Assembly: GCF_009914755.1 (NCBI RefSeq)
Contig: NC_060944.1
Reading direction: 5' to 3' (one strand)
Length of the DNA stretch: 64,000 bases
Source of the DNA: the human T2T-CHM13v2.0 reference genome, Homo sapiens
Position 1 is the stretch's first letter; each line of letters opens with the position of its first letter. Below are positions 51,552 to 64,000 of the stretch, piece by piece. The translations under genes were made by a program, and so were the position numbers. Under the pieces are notes generated by a model that made no database searches, was not told the DNA's origin, and worked only from the letters and a program-made list of their open reading frames with translations.

Positions 51552-52047
51552 TCATCTATAGAAAAAATGTCATAATATGCTTATTATATTGTCAAAATAA
51601 TACTATCTTCAAAAACAAGTTATTTTTCTGCCATTTTCCTGAAAAGTATTGTGATAAATATACAAACCACAGTGGCCATGGTTTGACCTGGGACTCACAG
51701 GTGAGGCACCACTGTGAGGTACACAACTGGCCAACCCTTCCCCCACATGCAGATTTTCCTCAAGGGGCAAAGGCTGTATATCAAATCTCATCTCAAAACT
51801 GAAGGAACTAACCAAATTCTCACCCTCTACAGAAAAGTCACTGGTTGAGTTTTCCTTGAAGGTTCCATCATCAGATCTGGGACATAAATAAACTGTGTTG
51901 TGCTCAGCTTCCTCATTGAAATGGATTTTCCTAACTCCCATGGGAAGGAGCACAAAGCTCCCCTTGCTGGGTGTTATAGGAGGTTTCACTTTGCAACCAG
52001 TCAGAATTTTCAATCCCCCTCAACGTTTTACTATGTCATTGCCCAAT

Positions 52048-52735
<688 letters not shown>

Positions 52736-52919
52736 CCAATTAAACTCCTCTGGGACATACAGTGCTTACTACGACAGAGAATTAACTGAATGGCATCATA
52801 CCTCATGTGTGATTTACACATACTTGAATTTGGGGATGCAAGGAGGCCCAAAGAATACATCAGGTACCTAAAAAGCTAAGCTATTAACAGAACAAAACAT
52901 ATGTCATTACGTTCATTTA

Positions 52920-53063
<144 letters not shown>

Positions 53064-53369
53064 CTACAAAGTCAAAGTCATACATAAACGTCCGGTTAGA
53101 AAAAAGAAATTACCATCCATGTACTGATTTCTATTTTTTCAGTCAACTGACAGACAAAAAGCAATTCTCATCCCAATGAGACTTGTTGTTTCACTTAGCA
53201 AAGACTCCTGGAACAAAATGTACCAGATCAGTGGGTAACTATTAAAAAGCGTATCAATCTATTTCCTTATCAGGAAGCATTTTTAGCTCAGGAAGACGAC
53301 ATGATCTGAGAAAAGATGTGGCTAAACAGGGGCCTGAAAAATCATCATTATTATAACCTTTAGGTTTCA

Positions 53370-53762
<393 letters not shown>

Positions 53763-54499
53763 TTATCCTGATCCTCTTAAGGTTCTGGGCTGTCATTCAG
53801 GAAACTGACAAGGCATTAATTCAATGACATCACTGATGGAAAGGGACAGACTTCCCTGCAGAAAGATTACAAGGGAAAGCAGTGGACTAATAATACGTAT
53901 GACTTCATTGTCCATCTCCCTTACTTTGAACCCACCTAAGGCACTGTGTCAAAGTACACAAGGAGCACAACCTAACCTAACTGTCTATCTCCATGGGTAA
54001 TAGATATCAGCTCCTAAGGGAAATTCCCATCAAAGAAGAGACCCAAAGGAACGTCTGAAACCAGATTCTGCTATGTAAATCTGGTACTACATCTTAAGGC
54101 TTCAGAATCCTTATGTAGCAGCAACAACAAAAATAGCAAATTCTGATCATGTCAGGAAACACTCTTTAACCATCTGTGTAGGGAGAGCTGAGAAAAGTTT
54201 TCTCCAATTAATTTGGATTCTGTTTCCATTTTTCACATCTCTGGGGCCTCCAAAAGGAACTCTCAGATGTGTCTCGTTGGTTGTCGAGGAAAAGGCCAAC
54301 ACAAGAGTCACTCAGAAGCTGAAAACAGTGCATGACGCATGCATCTATTTGCTTAGCTACCACAGCCTTGCAACGTTCAGTCTTCCCAGTTGACTGCCGT
54401 AACAACTCATCCCTGGAAGAAATTCAGAGCCCCGAATCTTAGACACAGAGCACCTGTTTGTTTGATTCTGGTTTGTTTCCAGGTAACTTATCCATGGCA

Positions 54500-54930
54500 A
54501 ACACTTGGGCTGCCTGCCCAACTATCATTCATTCCCTCTCACCCCCCACTCCTTCTTCCTGGCTGGCAGTGCCTGGTTCCCACAACACAAAAAGCACCAC
54601 ATATGCAATTTTCAAGGCTTTTTTGTACAAGGACTGGTGATGCAATACTGACCAATGAGCCCAGGGGCAAATCAGCTGGGGGATGATGGACAAAATCTTT
54701 CTGCTTGATAAAAAGAGATGCAAGGAGAGACATCCTCCTTTTGGGAGAATTTTTGTCTATCCACACATAATACCTGAACCCTAGCAGTCAACTTATGGCC
54801 ATGGAGAACATGTCACCTCAACAATGAGATGGAAAGAGTCTGGCTCTGAATAAACTCTGGCCTGGCCCTGCCTCTAGGTTCTGATGATAATAAATCCACA
54901 TTGTTTCAGCCCCCTTCTATCAGGAACTAG
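54500..54930. mobile_element. LTR16-like ERVL LTR remnant
   Basis: ctgaccaatgag...gcagtcaacttatggccatg...gatggaaagagtctgg...aataaatcc..ttgtttcagcc. Confidence 0.45.
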
Positions 54931-54957
54931 TGCTTGCATTAACAACTATATTTTGTT

Positions 54958-55251
54958 GGCCGGGCACAGTGGCTCACACCTATAATCCCAACAATTTGGG
55001 AGGTCAAGGTGGGAGGATCGCTTGAGCCTAGGAGTTCAAGACCAGCCTAGGTAACATAGCAAGACCCTGTCTCTACAAAAAACTTAGTAAGTAGCTAGGT
55101 GTGGTGGTGTGTACCTGTGGTCCCAGGTACTCAGGAGGCTCAGGTGGGAGGATCGCTTGAGCCCAGGTGGTCAGGGCTGCAGTGAGCAAGATCTCGTTAC
55201 TGCACTCCAGCCTGGGCAACAGAACAAGACCATGTCTCAAATAAAAATAAA
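54958..55251 (+). mobile_element. AluJ-like
   Basis: Full dimer. Confidence 0.85.
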
Positions 55252-55705
55252 AGAACTATTATTTGCAGCAAAAGCATCCTATCAGAGCTGCTGTCATCTT
55301 TGTAATATCATTAAACAATTGGGAAAAGTTGGCCAAGACTAAAGAAAATTGGTGAAGGTTCCAGATCCCATGACAAATGTAGTAGAATGAGGTCAGCCTC
55401 TGCGTGCAGAGGAGGGCGCCGCTGTACAATGCAAACCCTACATATTTCTCCATCTAGAGTAACCCAAAGAGAACGGCAGCCGCCTTTTGCCATTTTAGAG
55501 AGGACACCATTACAATATCATCGTCATCATATTGATTTCATGTCTACTTTCTTTTTATGTATTTCTTATTTTTCTCCTCTCCCTACACAAAAGTATGACA
55601 GACACTGTCCTATAGCTGGCTTTTTTCCCTACTAAAGACATCTGGATGATCTTTCCATTTCACACATAGAAAGCTTCCACATTTGAGATCAAACTCCAAT
55701 GTACC

Positions 55706-56009
55706 TTTTTTTTTTCTTTTTTTGAGACATGATCTTGCTTTATTTCCCAGGATAGAATACAGTGGCATGATTACAGCTCACTGCAGCCTCAACCATCTCG
55801 GCTCAAGTGATCCTCCAAGCTCACCCTCCCAAGTAGCTGGGACTACAGGCACATACCACCATGCCCAGCTAATTTCTTTAAACTTTCTGTGGAGATGGGG
55901 GTCTCCCTATGTTGCCCAGACAGGTCTTGAACTCCTGGGATCAAGCAATTCTCCTGCCTCGGCCTCCCAAAGTGCTGGGATTACAATCATGAGCCACCAC
56001 GCTCAGCCT
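55706..56009 (-). mobile_element. AluJ-like
   Basis: Full dimer; TSD-like tccaatgta. Confidence 0.85.
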
Positions 56010-57003
56010 CCAATGTATCTTTGAATCCAAGAGACATTCCACATTAAATAATTGTGGAGATGACATTTTTATTTTCAGCAATTCCAAAAAAACATCAGAG
56101 TTGGGGGTCTCCAAGAACAGGAGCCACCTCCAAACAGTGGAAACCCTAATAGTTGGCTTAATAAAGGGTGCCTGGGGTTTGCTACACAGGAGGCATACAC
56201 ACTGCCCCGACTACGCCCATGCACTGCTGCCTCCGGCCGTCTGCCTGGAAGTTGTCCCCCAAATGGCTGCATGGCTCACTCCTCTCTTTCATCAAGTCTT
56301 TCTCAAATTTTAGTGAGGCTTTCCCAGACCACCACATTCAAAATGAAAACACCTTGCACTCCCTTGGACCTCCTATTCCCATCCTGAATTTGTTTTCTTC
56401 ACAGCACTTTTCTTTTAATTCATTATATGGAACTTTATTTATTTTGGTTTTTGTCCTTTTCTGCTGGAAAAAAAAAAATGATCCATGCCTGTTTTTGTGC
56501 ACTGTCGAATTCCCAGCACCTAATAGGCACTCAAGAAATACTTGTTGCACAAAAGAAAGCACCAGACGGCCACTACAGGGAACATGCAACCAAACGTGGT
56601 CTTCTCAGCTTGGCTACTGCTGATGATTCAATGATGCGGCAGGCAACAACATCCAAGACGGAGAAAACAGAATGAGATCTTTTCAAAATGTGTGAGCCGT
56701 TCATGATTTGGGAGTTAACTTTCAAAAAGTTCATCATAGAAGATGCAGAGATGACGACTACAGATCTCCAAGGAATCCAAGGACTCATGAGAAATCAGAA
56801 ATAATATTCCGTGCAATTGTCTTTCCAAGAGCTGCAGTACTGCAGCCACTGCCGGTGTTGGTCAAGAAGGGGGTGACCAGGATAGAACAGGTGGAAAGCA
56901 AGAAATTTCTCTTTTCCATCTATCTGGATTATTTGTAAATTTAAAAATAAAAGGAAGAAAGAGAAAGGAGAGGAAACGAGGCAGGTAATGCATTCATTCA
57001 TCA

Positions 57004-57369
<366 letters not shown>

Positions 57370-57469
57370 TTACTCTACTAAATATATAATTAGCAAGTTG
57401 TTAAAATTATGAGGATTTTTCTTTTTTCTATTTTAAGAGGCCACGATTAAAAGCTGGTATCTAAGAGTT

Positions 57470-57680
57470 ACAAGGCAGCCCTAGCAGAATGGCACATTGC
57501 CTATAACCCACATCTACCTAGGTTCAGATTTTAACTCTACCATTAACCAGGTGCATGACCTTGGACAAGTCTCTTAACCTCTCAGCTTCAATTTTCTCAT
57601 CTGTAAAATGGAGATGATAATGCCTAACACTTCATGGTACTGTGTTGCTATTAAATGGGGTGATATAATGTATGCCTGTT
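57470..57680 (+). mobile_element. MIR
   Basis: tgaccttggacaagtctcttaacctctc...ctcatctgtaaaatggagat. Confidence 0.8.
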
Positions 57681-57852
57681 TATCAAAATGCCACCATACT
57701 AACAATGCTAATGTGGTTGGAAGCCCAACTTATGGAAGTCCCAATTTACAAAGCCAATAAAAGCATAGTAGTTTGCCCTGGGATTCTTCAAATGGCAGAC
57801 ATTTAGAGAATAGATCAATAGGGTTTCAGTCACCAAAAAATGGTTACCTAAT

Positions 57853-58165
57853 TTTTTTTTTCTTTTTCTTTTTCTTTTTTTTCAGAGACGGAGTCTCGCT
57901 CTGTTGCCCAGGCTAGAGTGCAGTGGCACAATCTTGGCTCCACTGCAACCTCTGCCTCCCGGGTTCAAGCCATTCTCCTGCCTCAGCCTCCTGAGTAGCT
58001 GGGACTACAGGCGTGTGCCACCATGCCCGGCTAATTTTCGTATTTTTAGTAGAGATGGGGTTTCACCATGTTAGCCAGGCTGGTCTCAATCTCCTGACCT
58101 CGTGATCTGCCCACCTCGGCCTCCCAAAGTGCTGGGATTACAGGCGTGAGCCACTGCACCCGGCC
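57853..58165 (-). mobile_element. AluS/Y
   Basis: Full dimer. Confidence 0.9.
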
Positions 58166-58941
58166 AGTTATCTAATTTTTAAGTTTACCCCCAATACATA
58201 AAGCATTTATGAGCCAACAAGAGGCTTCCTAAAGCCATAATTCTTGAGCATGGTAGGTCCTTGTTTTTGCTAGGGAGACATATCTCTTATTTGACATCAG
58301 CAATGGCAGAAAGATGAGATGGGTGGCCAACTCATGGGAGGTCGACCTCTTCCTGGTATATTATGGAATATTATGGTATATTATGGAATCCAGCAAAGCC
58401 ACACTTGAACACAAAAACTCACTCAGGAGAAACTCATAATGAAAATGTCTATCAGAAACAAATACGAAATCCTATTTAGGAAGTACACATGTAAGTCCTG
58501 TGGGAAGATTCAAAAAGACCTGGTAACTAGCTATGTGACCTTAAGAAAGTGACTCAACCCACTTTGAGCCTCAATTCCCTGGCAATAAAACCACAGAGAA
58601 TAGTTTAGCCACAACCATATTCCCTACCCTCGAATAAATCTCACTGTATAACATGTTTCTTTTCTGTCCTTCAGTAAAACATGATGGTTTCCTCCACAAA
58701 TATCTTCTACGTTGGTGAGATCCTGCATACTTTTTGATGATACTACGAATGGGGATTTACTAAACGGTTATCATTGATAGACAGAAATGCTGTCAGATTT
58801 CTAATACAGACCTCATATATAGACAGTTCCAATAGTTTATTGACTGAAAATCATATTACTCTAAGTAACATCAGTTTTGTCTTTTCCTATCATATACTTT
58901 AACACGACTTTTCTTTTTAATGGCTAGGACCTCCAAAATAA

Positions 58942-59733
<792 letters not shown>

Positions 59734-60064
59734 GCATAATTCTTTAGCCCAGTTATTTCCCTGTGTCAGACCAACTTTTAAGATAGAGCTCTACTTGGTT
59801 TCCAGGGAATATCACTGCTACAATATTTTTTTCATGTTACATTTTCAGCATGCCATTGCACACACCATCTTCATTTTATCCTGACAACCACCCAGAAAGG
59901 TACTAAGAGCACTCCCTAATGAGAAAATCAGAAATCAAAAATGCTCCAAAATCCTTAAGTTTTTGAGCACTAACATGAAGCCACAAGTGATCTCTTGTGA
60001 TGAGTCACATATATTATTTAAAATATTGTATAAAATTACCTTCAGGCTATGTGTATAAGGTATG

Positions 60065-60745
<681 letters not shown>

Positions 60746-61169
60746 TATATCTATGTGTTTAGGCTTGGGTCCCATCCCCGAGATATCTCACTATGTATAT
60801 GCAAATATTCCAAATTAAAAAATAAAAAAAAACACTTCTGGTCCCAAGATGAATAAGGAATACTCAACCCATACTAGTCTTACTTGATGTGTAGAAAAAC
60901 TTGGTTACTTGGTTAAAGATATTTATCTGACCTTGGAGCCCAGAGCAAAGACTCAAACCTGGGTCTCCCAGCACACTCTCTCTTCCCTATAGCCCTCATA
61001 AGACAACGTTGAATCCAGGAGAGTGTGTGTTGACTTAGAGACCCCCTCAGAGAACATTATCTGCAATGCAAACTAAGTTCAGATTAGTGCACAAAGCTAG
61101 AGGGGAAAAAACATCTGAAAAATAAGATGACTACTAAAAACCTGACAGAAGGGGACAGCATCCAGGGCA

Positions 61170-61383
61170 CAGGCTCTCAATCTTGGTACTGGTGACACTG
61201 GGGGCCAGAAAAGTATTTGTTGTGGGAGACGTCCTGTGCATTGCAGGGCAGGTAGAAGCATACCTGGCTAGATTCCAGTAATACTCTAACACCCTCACAC
61301 ACGTAATTAGGACAACCAAAAACGTCTCCAGACTTTGCCCAACGTCCCTTGGAGGTCAAAACTGTCCCTAGCTGAGAACCACT
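61170..61383 (-). mobile_element. MER20
   Basis: gtcctgtgcattgcagg...gacaaccaaaaacgtctccagac...gctgagaaccact. Confidence 0.8.
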
Positions 61384-61716
61384 AATGTAGAGGGTCTGCT
61401 CTCTGCCTAGGAAAATGGTTGCTTCGAATTTATTGTAGGGGTATGGGGGTGCTAAAGAGGAGATGGGTGAGGAGCAGCAGGAAGGGGAAGAGAGGGCGGG
61501 GAACTCCTGTTGAAAGATAAGCTATACATACCAAGCAAGCAGAACTATTTCCCTTCTTTTTCTTTTTTTTCAGAACTATTTCTACCCCGAGTGAGGTCTT
61601 CTAGGATGCTACTGTGGTTTTTGAAAGATAACAGTCAGCCGTATTTTCAGTATCTGACTTCTTTTCAGTAAGTTAATAATACAATAGGAAGAGTTGTTAA
61701 GAAGCTAGAAGAATCA

Positions 61717-61990
61717 GCTGGGCACAGTGGCTCACGCCTGTAATCCCAGCACTTTGGGAGGCCAAGGCAGGTGGATCACCTCAGGTCAGGAGTTCAAGAC
61801 CAGCCTGGCCAACATGGCGAAACCCCGTCTCTACTAAAACTATAGGTGGGCGCCTGTCCAGCTACTCAGGAGGTTGAGGCAGGAAGAAGTGCTTGAACCC
61901 GGGAGGTGGAGGTTGCGGTGAGCCAAGATCACACCACTGCACTCCAGCCTGTGTAACAGAGCAAGACTCTGTCTCAAAAAAAAAAAAGAA
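61717..61990 (+). mobile_element. AluS with linker deletion
   Basis: TSD-like aagaagct(a/g)gaagaatc. Confidence 0.85.
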
Positions 61991-62574
61991 GCTGGAAGAA
62001 TCAAATATGACTGTACATCTCCCTAACCAGCAACTCAAATCCTCTCTGTCTGATAGTAGCCGAGGTACTGATCCTCCAAAATTAAGTTTCTCCTGGTGCT
62101 CCCCTCCCAACCCCACCACCTCCTGGCTGGGGCTGGCTGCCCCTAGGAGGATCCCGAGGACTGCCTGGCTGCTCTGTACTCTTTTCAGAAGATTTTCTCC
62201 TTTCCTGAAACAGCAGCAGTTGCTGAGAGCTAGATGCCTGGTTAATCTCCTTATCAATCAGATATTTTCCTTATCTGCTGCTTGTAAGTGTTTCCTGTTC
62301 CATAAAAATAATCTGATAACAAATATGGAACATTTTAAAAAGGGAAAGCAAATCATTTCTGAGATATGATTTTTCTCCCCTACATGTATAATGTGTGTTA
62401 CCAGTTTGATAACTAGGGAAACAGGTTGCAACCTGTGTTATCATGGAATATTTGCAGGTTATTAAGGGATACTGCAGAAGAGAAAATGTTCTTATTTCCC
62501 TGCTTCCATAGGCTGGCTAACAAGAAAGTAGAAAAGGCCCTGTCTATTTGCTTCTGGAATACCTTCAATGATAC

Positions 62575-62800
62575 CAGGAACCGGCAAACTTTTCCTATAA
62601 AGGCTTCTATAAGGATAGTAAATACTTGAGGCTTTGCAGGCCATAAGGCCTCTATCGCAAATACTCAATTTGGCCACTGTAGGGCAAAAGCACACACAGA
62701 CAGTACATAAATGAATGACTGTAGCTGTGTGCCAATAAAACTCTATAAACACAGGCTTCAGGCAGCATCTAGCCCACAGGCTGTAGTTGCAGACACCTGG
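62575..62800 (+). mobile_element. MER58A
   Basis: ggcaaactttt...ggctttgcaggccata...ccaataaaactctat...tagttgcagacacctg. Confidence 0.8.
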
Positions 62801-63240
62801 TCTACATAAACCAGAGTATGGGTGCTCTGGCTGTGTGTAAACACAAGGTCCATGTGTGGACGATGAGGACCATAGACTCCAGTTCCTACAGAGGCCACAC
62901 AGGGACCATACCTGAGTGAAAAAAACCATAGCTTCAGCTATCATTCTCCTACATCTGGTAAAAGCATGAATACTGTGAAGTATGTAAGAAAGAACCACCT
63001 AGCCCTGGAGTGTGAGGATGCACTGGCATTCAACCTCGCAGTGGGGGAGACAGCAGGGCTGGGCAGAGCTCAGACCCATCTTACAGAGGCAGCCCCCACT
63101 CAGCTCCAGTGATCCAAGGAGTTGGGCAGACACAAACTCCTAGTGTTGCCTGACCTTGGGGAGAAACTGGCAATCCCTGCACTCCCCTGAACTATCTCAA
63201 CTGTTAATACACTGTCTCAGCCCAACAAAAGACTTCTGTG

Positions 63241-63821
<581 letters not shown>

Positions 63822-64000
63822 TGCAAAGCCTTGTTTCTTTCAAAAAAAAAAAAAAGCAAGCAAAAAAAGACTTCAAGTGTCCCAGTTTTTAGGGCAACAT
63901 GTGGGCCCAAGAAAATAAGTACTAGCCACTCATTCATGATATGCAGACACCCTGTCCTCAGAGAAGGTGAAGAGGGGCCCCATCATTTCTTTGCTATATT

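Noticed and set aside
58338-58389. 12-bp palindrome gaggtcgacctc and a 10-bp tandem tgg(t/a)atatta
   Set aside because: Too short to distinguish from chance or slippage

Overview
Human (or very closely related primate) genomic DNA lying entirely inside ZMYND8 (PRKCBP1/RACK7), transcribed on the minus strand. Eleven consecutive internal coding exons (labelled A-K in transcript order, 57231 down to 4293) can be read directly, all with GT-AG boundaries and consistent phases. They encode the PHD finger, bromodomain, zinc-binding linker, PWWP domain and the Ser/acidic central region. The 5' exons and the MYND-domain exons lie outside the window. The introns contain about 55 Alu/FLAM/FRAM copies, MER20/MER58/MER5/MER103-type and Tigger DNA-transposon fossils, MaLR solo LTRs, L1/L2/MIR fragments, one SVA2-type VNTR retroposon and several simple repeats. 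No rRNA, tRNA, CRISPR array or prokaryotic system is present. Most ORFs in the supplied track are Alu or microsatellite artefacts. The most interesting unexplained signals are: (i) a cluster of strong extra splice and polyA signals in the introns flanking exon H, all of which would truncate the protein within or just after the PHD-BRD-PWWP reader; (ii) an Alu broken by a self-templated palindromic insertion; (iii) the SVA2 element; (iv) eight MER20 copies; (v) Alu geometry favouring a B-I circular RNA. Repeat subfamily calls and edges are by-eye estimates; gene identity rests on recognising the translated peptides.
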